A DNA stretch of 59,633 bases from Candidatus Helarchaeota archaeon (GTDB lineage Archaea; Asgardarchaeota; Lokiarchaeia; Helarchaeales; RDOG01). Below are positions 9,549 to 18,563 of the stretch, piece by piece. The number at the start of each line of letters is the position of its first letter. Position 1 is the first letter of the stretch. The notes under the pieces are model-generated. The model saw only the letters and a program-made list of their open reading frames with translations, was not told the DNA's origin and searched no databases. The stretch spans positions 1-59,633 of the forward strand of contig JALGVI010000004.1 of assembly GCA_029838215.1 (NCBI GenBank), in the 5' to 3' direction. The position numbers and the translations under genes are program-made.

Positions 9549-10193
9549 TTATAACAATTTCTTCACTAGTTCCAGTGTTCTCTCCGTGACAGCTTTCTCG
9601 ACACCAACGTAGAAATGGTCCGTATCAAATAAAATTAATTCTTTAGGTGGTTGTAATTTATCATAAAAAGAAAGAAGTAGATCTTTCGATATTAGTTGAT
9701 CGAAATTTCCTAAAGTGAGAATCTTGGGTTTTTTGGATGATTTTAGGAAATCAAATGAAAACATGCCAATTGGAGGAGAGATTCCGACCAGGACTTTGAT
9801 CCTTGGCTCATCGTGAATGGCTTCCAATCCGGTTTTAGAACCCCAGCTATATCCCACAAAGAAGATTTTATTTTTGTTCAAATTCTCGATGGTTTCGAAA
9901 TAGTTTAAAGCCGAAATGGTGTCTTCGATTGCTTGTTTTTCGAGTGGTAGGTCTCCTTCGCTGCGTCCGACGCCTCTACAATTAAATTTGAAAGCGATCA
10001 TGTTATTTTGAACGAGTTCTTCACAAAAGGCATCAACGACATTGTTGTTCATCGAGCCGCCAAAATATGGGTGTGGATGTAAAACGATTGCTCCGGGTAA
10101 TTCATTAACATCTTTTGAAGGGTAAGAAATCACGCCTTCCAATTTCAAATTATCCGGTAAAGATTTAAAAAAGACCCGTTCGGTGGACATCAT
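9549..10193 (-). CDS. Alpha/beta-fold hydrolase
   Basis: HPHPYFGGSMNNNVV, nucleophile elbow GYSWG, and GNFDQL and TDHFY completing the triad. Confidence 0.9.
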   Translation of the reverse strand: MMSTERVFFKSLPDNLKLEGVISYPSKDVNELPGAIVLHPHPYFGGSMNNNVVDAFCEELVQNNMIAFKFNCRGVGRSEGDLPLEKQAIEDTISALNYFETIENLNKNKIFFVGYSWGSKTGLEAIHDEPRIKVLVGISPPIGMFSFDFLKSSKKPKILTLGNFDQLISKDLLLSFYDKLQPPKELILFDTDHFYVGVEKAVTERTLELVKKLL

Positions 10194-10972
10194 TTTTTCT
10201 CCTTTGGGACGTGCTCTGCCTTGGTTTCTTCCTTTCGTTTTGGTCTTTGGCTTTTATATAGGTCTTCCTTCATCTTTTGAGCATCTTTTTCAGATACTGC
10301 ACGGAGATATCCATAACTTTTCAAGTTATACACGGCTTCTAAGATTTTGGGTAAGGGAGGAATGGGAGATAATTCGGTTTGGCATCGTGCAATGATGCGT
10401 TGTAGGAGGAATGGTCCCGATTTGGAACGAATTCTCCGAGCAATTTCTAAGATTTTATATTCGAATTTGTTTAGTTTGACTTGTTCTTTGGGTTCGATGA
10501 CGACATGTTGGGAAATAAGTGATTTTTGGAAGCACAATTCAATCAGATCATTCGCAAAATCGAATTTCGTGAATCTCAATATCTTTTTGAGATCCTGACC
10601 CCATTTTGGAATGAATTCACGTTCAATTTTCAGTTCGAGTTCACCCTGAAAACATAGCAATTGTTTTAACATTTCGACGCTGGGGGTTTCCCGAGAAACC
10701 ATTGCAACGCGAACGTATTCGCCATCATTCAAGATGAGAGAGCCTCCATCTCGAAGATGTATCTCTTGATTTTGTAATTCTATCCCTTCGTGCATGGTAA
10801 CGCTTTCGAGGATTGCATTTACCAAGTAATCTGAAAGTTTTACTCCATGGGTAGAATAAGAATATATCAATTCGAGGGATTTCGGGTCGTACACGAGTAA
10901 ATGTATGAGATTGGCTGCTGACTTAAAACGATCAGAGATTTTTTCCAGAAAATATTTATCTTTTTTGGGCAT
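10190..10972 (-). CDS. Longin-like domain protein with a C-terminal helical/winged-helix region
   Basis: The pattern LIHLLVYDPKSLELIYSY...LVNAILES...ILNDGEYVRVAMVSRETPS..LKQLLCFQGELE fits a longin beta-hairpin/helix/3-strand/helix topology. The C-terminus ILEAVYNLKSYGYL resembles a wHTH. Confidence 0.55.
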   Translation of the reverse strand: MPKKDKYFLEKISDRFKSAANLIHLLVYDPKSLELIYSYSTHGVKLSDYLVNAILESVTMHEGIELQNQEIHLRDGGSLILNDGEYVRVAMVSRETPSVEMLKQLLCFQGELELKIEREFIPKWGQDLKKILRFTKFDFANDLIELCFQKSLISQHVVIEPKEQVKLNKFEYKILEIARRIRSKSGPFLLQRIIARCQTELSPIPPLPKILEAVYNLKSYGYLRAVSEKDAQKMKEDLYKSQRPKRKEETKAEHVPKEKK

Positions 10973-11125
10973 TGGAAGTCCTCTTGTCCCCTATTTTTAT
11001 AATAATGAATGGGAATTTCTTCTTGAATAATAAGAATGAAATGCTTTGCACTTGTTAATTTAAATCATTAAAATATATTAGTGATTTTGTCATAGGAAAA
11101 GTAAGAGGCAAAATAGGAGATTATC

Positions 11126-13660
11126 ATGAAAGCCATAATCCTTGCGGGTGGCAAGGGGACCCGTCTAAGACCGATTACATCAAACATTCCAAAACCTTGT
11201 GTTCCGATAATAAACACGCCAATTCTCGTTCACACGATTAAATTGCTTAGAAATCATGGTTTTGAAGAGATTATCATAACGGTCGGATATTTAGCAAGAG
11301 AGATCGAAGATATTTTAGGTGATGGTTCTGAATATGGTGTTAAAATATCGTATTTTCTTGAAGAGCGACCTCTAGGGACCGCAGGGGCATTAAAAGAGTT
11401 GGGCAATACTTTAACGGAACCGTTTGTGGTGATCTCCAGCGATGTTTTGACCGATGTCAATTTAAGCGAGATGCTTAAATTCCATAAAGAAAAAAATGCG
11501 ATTGCCACGCTTGCCTTGACGACCGCAGAAATTCCCGTGGCATATGGAATCGTGGTGACTGATGCTGAGGGAAGGATTCTGAAATTTCTAGAAAAACCAT
11601 CGTGGAGCCAAGTTTTTTCCGACAAGATCAACGCCGGCATTTACATTTTAGATCCTGAAGCCATTGATTACATACCCAAGCATTCCAAATTTGATTTTTC
11701 GAAGCAGTTATTTCCCAAAATATTATCTGATGGTAAAAATATTTTTGGATTTCACATGAAAAACAATTATTGGCTTGATATCGGTAATCCCGAAAAATAC
11801 ATTCAGGCAAATCATGACATTTTGATAAAAAGAATAAAAGATATTGAAATCCCTGGAAATGAAATAAAAGAAGGCGTTTGGGTTGGGGATAATACTGAAA
11901 TCAGTCCAACCGCTCAGCTATGGCCTCCACTTGTAATTGGAAGCAATTGCAAGATAGGAGATGACACGATAATAGATCGATTAACAGTAATTGGTAATAA
12001 TGTTAACATCGGGACCAGTTGTCATATAAAAAGTTCGATTATTTTAAATAATGTCACGATTTGGGATGGAGTTTTATTTGAAAATAATGCTGTAATTTGT
12101 CAACGTGTTCAAGTTGGAAATGGTGCTCGAATTTTAGCCAATACCGTAATTGGAGATGATACTCAGATTGGAAGTAATGCTGTCATCAATCATGACATTC
12201 TCATTTGGCCCAATAAGGTGATTGAAGATGGTTCAATCGTGAATGTTAATGTCAAGCACGGCACGTACGTAAAAAGGGCTTTATTTGGTCCGCACGGCAT
12301 TACGGGTACTTCCAATGTTGAAATAACACCGGAGATTGCTTCAAAGATTGCGGCTTCCATCGGAACCTATCTTTATTCGGAATATCGAGAAAATGCTCGC
12401 GTGATCGTGGGGCGCGACCCAAAACTCATCTCGCGCATGCTGAAACGTGCTATTATCTCTGGTTTAATGTCAACGGGTGTTGAGGTTTATAATGCAGAGA
12501 TTCTTCCGCTTCCACTCATTTCATATGCGGTTCGGCAAAGTAGGTCCAGTGCGGGAATTTCAATTAAAGTCCCCTATGCTGAAGAAGAGCGGATCAATAT
12601 AAAGGTATTCGATGAAATGGGAATTCATCTTCCTGAAGCCGATATCAAGAAAATAGAAGAGATCTTCTTTAAAGAGAACATAACTCGTGTTTCTACTAAT
12701 GATATCAAGGACATTGTTTCATATCCTCTTGTAAACGAATATTACTATAATGGAATCATCAAGTTTATCGATGCAGAGAAAATAAGAAAAGTTCGACCCC
12801 GCATTGTTCTTGATTGCGGAGATGGTTCTGGCTCCTTAATTGCACCTTATATTCTTCAGAAAATCGGATGTGAAGTTATCACGTTAAATGCTCAATTGGG
12901 CGAAGCCACCCCGATCAAGCCGTTTTCTCCAAAAATGGAATCTCTTTCGATTTTAAGGCGAACCGTAAAAGCAGTAGATGCAGTTCTTGGAATATATTTA
13001 AACGAAGATGCTGGACGTGTTCTGTTTGTAGATGAAGAAGGCGAGATTCTTGAAGGTGATACGGCGGTTGCGGTGCTTGCAAAGGCTCGCTTAAAGGAAA
13101 AACGCAGGGGAAGAATTGTCGTGCCCATCCACACGAGTCATCTAATTGAGCGTTTCATAGAAGAAAACAATGGCGAGCTCATACGCGTGAAGTTTGGTGG
13201 ACGACCTATCATTGAAGAAGTCTTCAAGCAAAAAGCAATTTTTGGCGGTGAAGATTCCGGAGGCTTCATTTTTCCCGATTTTCATTATTCTCGTGACGGA
13301 ATTCTTGCTGCGGCTTACATGATTGAGCTATTAATCAAGGAGAACAGGAAGTTAAGCACGCTAGCAAAAGAGATTCCGAAGTTCTACATGGTCGAAAAAG
13401 AGGTTCCTTGTCCCATTCAGGCACGCGGAAAGCTCATGCTATACCTCATTGAAGAAGCATATAACTTTGGCAACGTGAATACATTGGATGGAATCAAGAT
13501 CTTCTTTGATTATGGCTGGGTTTTGATTCGTCCCAGTTCTTCAAGAAATGTATTCCTGATTTTTGCTGAAGGACGGAATGAAGAAGAAGCAATAGAAATT
13601 GCACGCCATTGGGAAGATGAAATAAAGGAATTCATCCATCAGATAGAAACCGGTATTTAA
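11126..13660 (+). CDS. Sugar-phosphate nucleotidyltransferase (mannose-1-P guanylyltransferase-like) fused to hexapeptide repeats and a degenerate phosphomannomutase domain
   Basis: LAGGKGTRLRPIT...PKP, FLEKP and WLDIG, then a left-handed beta-helix, then a PMM scaffold (LFGPHGITG, GRDP, DCGDGSG, GGEDSGG, DGI). GGAG SD. Confidence 0.92.
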   Translation: MKAIILAGGKGTRLRPITSNIPKPCVPIINTPILVHTIKLLRNHGFEEIIITVGYLAREIEDILGDGSEYGVKISYFLEERPLGTAGALKELGNTLTEPFVVISSDVLTDVNLSEMLKFHKEKNAIATLALTTAEIPVAYGIVVTDAEGRILKFLEKPSWSQVFSDKINAGIYILDPEAIDYIPKHSKFDFSKQLFPKILSDGKNIFGFHMKNNYWLDIGNPEKYIQANHDILIKRIKDIEIPGNEIKEGVWVGDNTEISPTAQLWPPLVIGSNCKIGDDTIIDRLTVIGNNVNIGTSCHIKSSIILNNVTIWDGVLFENNAVICQRVQVGNGARILANTVIGDDTQIGSNAVINHDILIWPNKVIEDGSIVNVNVKHGTYVKRALFGPHGITGTSNVEITPEIASKIAASIGTYLYSEYRENARVIVGRDPKLISRMLKRAIISGLMSTGVEVYNAEILPLPLISYAVRQSRSSAGISIKVPYAEEERINIKVFDEMGIHLPEADIKKIEEIFFKENITRVSTNDIKDIVSYPLVNEYYYNGIIKFIDAEKIRKVRPRIVLDCGDGSGSLIAPYILQKIGCEVITLNAQLGEATPIKPFSPKMESLSILRRTVKAVDAVLGIYLNEDAGRVLFVDEEGEILEGDTAVAVLAKARLKEKRRGRIVVPIHTSHLIERFIEENNGELIRVKFGGRPIIEEVFKQKAIFGGEDSGGFIFPDFHYSRDGILAAAYMIELLIKENRKLSTLAKEIPKFYMVEKEVPCPIQARGKLMLYLIEEAYNFGNVNTLDGIKIFFDYGWVLIRPSSSRNVFLIFAEGRNEEEAIEIARHWEDEIKEFIHQIETGI

Positions 13661-13684
13661 GAAATGAATTTTTAAAAATATATT

Positions 13685-13885
13685 TTATTTTTTGATATTT
13701 TCGGCTAAACTTTGCAGGAATTCAACTATCATTACCTTTGCAGTTACCGAATCGTTATTATCTATCAAATCATGAACCTTTTTTAGAAAACTTGCAATTT
13801 CTCTCGTCTTAAAAACAATGAACGATTTTTCACGAATTTTTTCAATGGTTGTCGTTTGAGGCTCGACTTCAATATACGTTGGCAT
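13685..13885 (-). CDS. Small hypothetical protein (66 aa)
   Basis: ATG at 13885 preceded by the SD AGGAG. Reads MPTYIEVEPQ...LAENIKK. Confidence 0.6.
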   Translation of the reverse strand: MPTYIEVEPQTTTIEKIREKSFIVFKTREIASFLKKVHDLIDNNDSVTAKVMIVEFLQSLAENIKK

Positions 13886-14056
13886 TATAATCTCCTTTCT
13901 GGTTACATTATTTGTTTGAATAACTCCTGTAACCAATAATCAACTCCTCATATTTGTATGTTTCTAAATCAGTTATGACAAAATTTGAGAGGCTTATGAT
14001 AAGATTTGTATTGTTTCAATTCGAAATATATTCGTTAATAAATTCTGGTGCGATTC

Positions 14057-14620
14057 ATGGATAAACCTGTCACCTCAAAGTTGAAACATTTGATGATCGA
14101 AAGAAATCAATTCATTGGGATTTTCAATGGTTTGGAATCAGGCGAATTTCAGGTCGAGCCGTTCATAGAAGAAAATATACGGAATAATCTCACGCGTATC
14201 TTGGATGACATTCAGGCAAATATTAAAAGAATTGCTGGTGGACATGCCTGCATTATTAGCAAAGCTGTTATTTCGCCTGATGAAAACGCATTGGCTTGTC
14301 CCACTTGTGGTGCCCCAATGCGAGAGAACCAAGTTTTATACTTTCAAGTTGCAAATGAATGTCCTGCTTGTAAAACACTGCTCTATTTGGAAATAATAGG
14401 CGATTACAAAACACTGATGCCAAATTTTCAATTGACTTTTCAACAATTGCTGAATTGGAATTTAGAATTGCGATTTAATGTAAAGAGATCAAGATCAGCT
14501 GATGTTTCTGCAAGTCGTGGTTCATCAGGATGGAGAATTACGTGTCCAAAATGTGGAAAAATCGCAAATAGGAAATGGAAATTCTGCAAGTGGTGTGGAA
14601 GTTCCCTTAGAAAATCCTAA
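14057..14620 (+). CDS. Zinc-ribbon protein (internal ribbon plus C-terminal double zinc ribbon)
   Basis: CPTC...CPAC and CPKC...CKWC pairs. ATG at 14057 (alternative GTG at 14048). Confidence 0.75.
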   Translation: MDKPVTSKLKHLMIERNQFIGIFNGLESGEFQVEPFIEENIRNNLTRILDDIQANIKRIAGGHACIISKAVISPDENALACPTCGAPMRENQVLYFQVANECPACKTLLYLEIIGDYKTLMPNFQLTFQQLLNWNLELRFNVKRSRSADVSASRGSSGWRITCPKCGKIANRKWKFCKWCGSSLRKS

Positions 14621-14699
14621 CGCACCTTTCTCCACAAGACCACGCGATTATTCCCGTGCCGTATTATTCTCGAATAAGAGGGAAAAAATGTGGTTTAGT

Positions 14700-15464
14700 C
14701 TAATTTTTTATTTCAAGCAGGCTCATCAAGAGCGGTTTCATCTCAGGATTTAGGTGGTAAATCTTTTGTTTTCCTTCCTTAACCGAAATGATCAGATCGT
14801 GTTGTTCGATCTTTTTTATGTGCCACGTAATGGCCTGAGATGATATTCCGAGAAGGGATGCAAGTTCTGCGTGGGAGATCTCCTGCTCTTGGATCACGTG
14901 CGTGAGAATTTTATTTGTCGTTGGTCTCTTCAGCAGGGATATGAGTGCGGCGTGTGCCGTATCAAATCCGTTGCCATTCGTGAAAAATCGTCTATATCGA
15001 CCGTCTTTATATGATGAGATGATGCCTGCTCTCTCTAATACATAAATGTGATATTGAACTACACCCATGCGTTTATTCATTCGCCTACAGATTTCTCGCA
15101 AGTGGATTCCTTCTTCTTCGGCTATGAGCGTGTAAATTCGATTTCGAGTATTTTGTTGCAGCTCAATTTTGGATTCGACTGGTTGAAAAAATTCTGAATA
15201 CACGTTTAATCCGATTCCGATAGCCAGAGCACCCATGCCTTCGAGAAAGAAGATGGAAGATTGTTTCACGGGACCTACCACGGTGTTTGTTGTAGTTGCA
15301 TCACTGCAAATCAAGGAAGGGTTTTGGTAGGTTACTTGCAAGGACGTTTGAGATCCACTCACGTGAGGAAGGCGCAAGAAAAATGAACCGACGACCAACA
15401 ATGGGATGACCAATGCACTCGTTATGAAAATACCAAGTATGACTAGATATACTATCTTTTTCAT
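14700..15464 (-). CDS. Membrane-anchored transcriptional regulator with two winged-helix domains (COG3398-like)
   Basis: Two N-terminal hydrophobic segments, then TRNRIYTLI...GIHLREI...VQYHIYVLE and a second wHTH (SHAELAS...ITWHIKKI). Confidence 0.8.
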   Translation of the reverse strand: MKKIVYLVILGIFITSALVIPLLVVGSFFLRLPHVSGSQTSLQVTYQNPSLICSDATTTNTVVGPVKQSSIFFLEGMGALAIGIGLNVYSEFFQPVESKIELQQNTRNRIYTLIAEEEGIHLREICRRMNKRMGVVQYHIYVLERAGIISSYKDGRYRRFFTNGNGFDTAHAALISLLKRPTTNKILTHVIQEQEISHAELASLLGISSQAITWHIKKIEQHDLIISVKEGKQKIYHLNPEMKPLLMSLLEIKN

Positions 15465-15493
15465 CCCTAAAACTCACCATCTTATTAATTTTT

Positions 15494-15507
15494 AACACGG
15501 TCGTGTT
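15494..15507. promoter_or_regulatory. Palindromic operator candidate AACACG-GT-CGTGTT
   Basis: Perfect 6-bp inverted repeat 30 nt upstream of the wHTH regulator start. An extra half-site CGTGTT lies at 15754-15759. Confidence 0.45.
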
Positions 15508-15781
15508 TTAACGAAAGTCTTGAAATTTCTTTTCCTATTAAAGTGAAATTTTATCGGAATTCTTGCTTATTGTCTTTGCATTTCTTATTCTATTTGAAAA
15601 AGTACTTTGATTTTAAACTTATTTTTGCAATTTCTTAGTTTTTGAAAAGAAAATCCTCATAATATATGTCTTTTCATCTTGTTGTAAATGAATGCACCAA
15701 AAATGGTTGTTCTTTTTTTTTACTCATGTTCAATAAAATCCGTGTATGGCTCACGTGTTAAAAACCACGATGGGAATCTTG

Positions 15782-16411
15782 TTAATCATAAAGTTCGTTT
15801 ATGGCTTGTTCCCAAGATTCATCGATATATTCATACATCGTGAATATCGCGTCAATAATGTCTGCTCTTATGAGACCTGTCACGTTGATTATCGAGCGGT
15901 TATTCTTGATCACGTCCAATAATTCATGATTCAATTCTTGTTGCCTACGAAGTGCTGCGAGGGAATCTTCTTTCTTTGGAACGGCTAAATGGCTAATTTC
16001 TTTATAGTTTTCCCCCGATTCGGCTTGTACCATTGGGAGATTATTTTCTATCCGAACCTTGAATAGACGTCGAAAAATCGGAATTGCTAATTTTTCATAA
16101 GCCTCGTGTCGTTTCCTAAAATTTGCATTTGTGGAGTCAAATCTCAAGTATTTTTTGAAGTTTTTTTCAATTATTTCTTCGAGACGGTCGGGATTTTTCA
16201 CGGTTTCGATTGCACAATCCGAGATTAAATCAATTTGCTTTATCATCTTAACGCTGATTTCAGGACCAATAATTAACTTGAAGATGACATCCATCGGGAA
16301 TGCTCCGCCTTTCTTACGAAAAATTTCTTCAAGGTCTTTATTTCCTTTCTCGACTTGTTGTTGAAAATAATCATGAATGATCTGTTTGTTTTTTAAATAG
16401 CGTTCTTCCAC
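15782..16411 (-). CDS. Hypothetical all-helical protein
   Basis: 209-aa ORF with normal composition and a GTG start. No recognised motif. Confidence 0.75.
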   Translation of the reverse strand: MEERYLKNKQIIHDYFQQQVEKGNKDLEEIFRKKGGAFPMDVIFKLIIGPEISVKMIKQIDLISDCAIETVKNPDRLEEIIEKNFKKYLRFDSTNANFRKRHEAYEKLAIPIFRRLFKVRIENNLPMVQAESGENYKEISHLAVPKKEDSLAALRRQQELNHELLDVIKNNRSIINVTGLIRADIIDAIFTMYEYIDESWEQAINELYD

Positions 16412-16432
16412 TGCGTTTCCATCCTGAACGAT

Positions 16433-16594
16433 TCATGCGATTCGGATGCGTTCTTTCGCACATTTACTACAAATAATGATGGTTTCTTCTCCCTTTTTGA
16501 GGCGATTTGATATTTTTACTCTCCCTATTTGTTTCATCTTATATTTTTGCCCACAAAGCTTGCAAGTAAAAAATTTCTTACGCTTGTTTGTCAC
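16433..16594 (-). CDS. Small basic zinc-finger protein (53 aa, missed by the ORF track)
   Basis: Manual translation gives MTNKRKKFFTCKLCGQKYKMKQIGRVKISNRLKKGEETIIICSKCAKERIRIA*. Two CxxC pairs, and GGAG upstream of the GTG. Confidence 0.7.
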   Translation of the reverse strand: MTNKRKKFFTCKLCGQKYKMKQIGRVKISNRLKKGEETIIICSKCAKERIRIA

Positions 16595-16690
16595 GCCTAA
16601 CGCTCCAAATCCTAATCATGAGAGATTTATATTAATCTGTCTTTATTTAAAATAGATTTTAAACTTTATTCAAAAAAAGAACGTGATGAG

Positions 16691-17035
16691 ATGATAGTGA
16701 ATCTAAAGCAGAGGTGCAAGGAAACAAACGAAAGAGAATTTTATTATGGAGCAAAACTAAACAAGGACGTAAAAGATGCATATCTTGGCTTTGGATATCT
16801 GGAACCTAATGAAAAAAATAGAAAAATCAGTCCTGGCAAAGGACACGAAGAAATCCTAATGGTCTTGAACGGGTCTCTCCGAGCACAGTTTGAAAGCGAT
16901 GAAATCACCATAACCGATGGAGATGCATTTCACATACCTGACAGATCTCATGTAATTCTTGAAAACCTCACGTCAAAGCGGGTTACATTCGTTATCGCAG
17001 GAGGACATACTAAAAAATTATTTCACAGGCATTGA
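16691..17035 (+). CDS. Cupin-domain protein
   Basis: GHEEILMVLNGSL...ITDGDAFHIP cupin motifs 1 and 2. Confidence 0.75.
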   Translation: MIVNLKQRCKETNEREFYYGAKLNKDVKDAYLGFGYLEPNEKNRKISPGKGHEEILMVLNGSLRAQFESDEITITDGDAFHIPDRSHVILENLTSKRVTFVIAGGHTKKLFHRH

Positions 17036-17046
17036 AATGAAAAAAA

Positions 17047-17382
17047 TTAGATTTTGGATTCTGGTCGTCGTTCAGGTATCTTCCGAAATGATTTTCCTTC
17101 TTTGAAAAAGTCCTTCTTGAAAAAAAGCGCGCAATAACAGTGCCCGAATTCTTCGATATCGGGAGCGGCATATTCGCATGGACAGATTATGTCTTTATCT
17201 TTTTCGAATTCACCTTTTGCCAACCGACAGGGACATGATGGATAGCCGTATCTTTGCTTGTTTTCCCAGAGATATCCGATGAGTTCTGTCAACCATGCAT
17301 CATCTTCATTGAGGATCCATCCATTATTTTTTGCATTTTGTTCGATCAATTTCTTAAAATCATCAATACTTACCAAGCTCAT
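17047..17382 (-). CDS. ftrB: Ferredoxin-thioredoxin reductase catalytic subunit (FTR-like)
   Basis: YGYPSCPCRL...ICPCEY...GHCYCALF gives the six FTR cysteines. Confidence 0.92.
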   Translation of the reverse strand: MSLVSIDDFKKLIEQNAKNNGWILNEDDAWLTELIGYLWENKQRYGYPSCPCRLAKGEFEKDKDIICPCEYAAPDIEEFGHCYCALFFKKDFFKEGKSFRKIPERRPESKI

Positions 17383-17395
17383 TCACCTCTACTCA

Positions 17396-17704
17396 TTAAT
17401 GCTTTAACATGTCAATGATTTCGTCCTGCCTCATCCCTTTGACTAAATTTCCATCACAGAATACCATTGGGAAGGCTAAATTCCTTTGATATCTTCTCAA
17501 GAATTCTTTTAATTCTATTCTTTCATCATAAGGCAAGTTATCTATGTCCGTATAACCATAAGCAATTCCATTATCATTCAATTTTTGTTTTATTCGCCTG
17601 CACCAAATACAAGTTGAGATTGTTACCAATTGCACTTCATGCTTTCCGATATTTCCTTCTATTGAAACATAATTGCTCGTTTTTAATTCTTCGATTTTCC
17701 CCAT
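17396..17704 (-). CDS. Glutaredoxin/NrdH-like redoxin
   Basis: STCIWCRRIK active site, cis-Pro motif AFPMVF and DG. Lies 13 nt upstream of the FTR gene. Confidence 0.88.
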   Translation of the reverse strand: MGKIEELKTSNYVSIEGNIGKHEVQLVTISTCIWCRRIKQKLNDNGIAYGYTDIDNLPYDERIELKEFLRRYQRNLAFPMVFCDGNLVKGMRQDEIIDMLKH

Positions 17705-17785
17705 TTTATCACGTCGCGTTTTAAAAATAAAGATGAAGTATTTATTTTTCCTATTTTAGCATGATGTACTCAATTTAAAAAGTTT

Positions 17786-18547
17786 TTAGGCGAAAATCAG
17801 CACGATCGTATAAACCATTTGGAGATTTCCCACGAGAATACCGATGTTTTTGATATTCTTTCTCGGTCTGTTCTTTCGACGAAACATGTAAATCGTCCCA
17901 ATTGGTGCCAAGAAAAATGGAATGAAAAAATAATTCATCGTCAAGATCGTGGCGACAAAGAATGATGCAATGGAAATCCCGCAACAAGCTAAAACCACGA
18001 TTCGAATGGTCTCAAGTGAGTATTTGGAAATTGCTTCTTTGTCAATTAATTCATGAACGACTTGACCTGAAATGGCGAAAAAGAAAAGCCCTATCAAGAG
18101 AGAAATTTCTGGAATGAATATCGGATCGAAAGGATTTGGGATTTTTATGACCAAATAGGGAATGATGACGTGCGAAAACACGAGAACAAATTTATTCACG
18201 ATGGGAAAGTGCTTTAACCAAAGGCAATAACACACGACTAGGATAATGGCGGTTAAAACCAAGATTAGGTTTATCAAATTAAATATGATGTATTTCAATA
18301 GCAAAGTTATTCCCATGAAAAAACTCGTGATGGCGATTACACCTAGCTCTTTATCCGTGTATCCCAAGTCCCTATCTTTATCGACCATATCGTTAAGCAC
18401 GTTTCCTGTAATGCCCAGAAACGCCCAGCCAAATATCATTGGCACGTAAAACGGAAAGAGCGGCAATCTATTAATATAAATGGCGAGGAAACACGGGAGC
18501 AGAACAGAGAAAAGGTACTCAACGCGGAGGAGTTTAAGAATTTCCAA
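17786..18547 (-). CDS. UbiA-family prenyltransferase-like membrane protein
   Basis: Multiple TM helices. First Asp-rich motif NVLNDMVDKDRD; second motif degenerate (VHELIDKE). Confidence 0.7.
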   Translation of the reverse strand: MEILKLLRVEYLFSVLLPCFLAIYINRLPLFPFYVPMIFGWAFLGITGNVLNDMVDKDRDLGYTDKELGVIAITSFFMGITLLLKYIIFNLINLILVLTAIILVVCYCLWLKHFPIVNKFVLVFSHVIIPYLVIKIPNPFDPIFIPEISLLIGLFFFAISGQVVHELIDKEAISKYSLETIRIVVLACCGISIASFFVATILTMNYFFIPFFLAPIGTIYMFRRKNRPRKNIKNIGILVGNLQMVYTIVLIFA

Positions 18548-18563
18548 ACCAATACCTCTGTTT

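Noticed and set aside
15489-15764. Possible MITE bounded by the 11-bp inverted repeat TTTTTAACACG / CGTGTTAAAAA
   Set aside because: No target-site duplication, no second copy in the window, and low-complexity arms. It is better explained as operator half-sites.
16446-16655. ORF-track 69-aa + strand ORF
   Set aside because: It is antisense to the better supported 53-aa zinc-finger gene (SD, two CxxC pairs).
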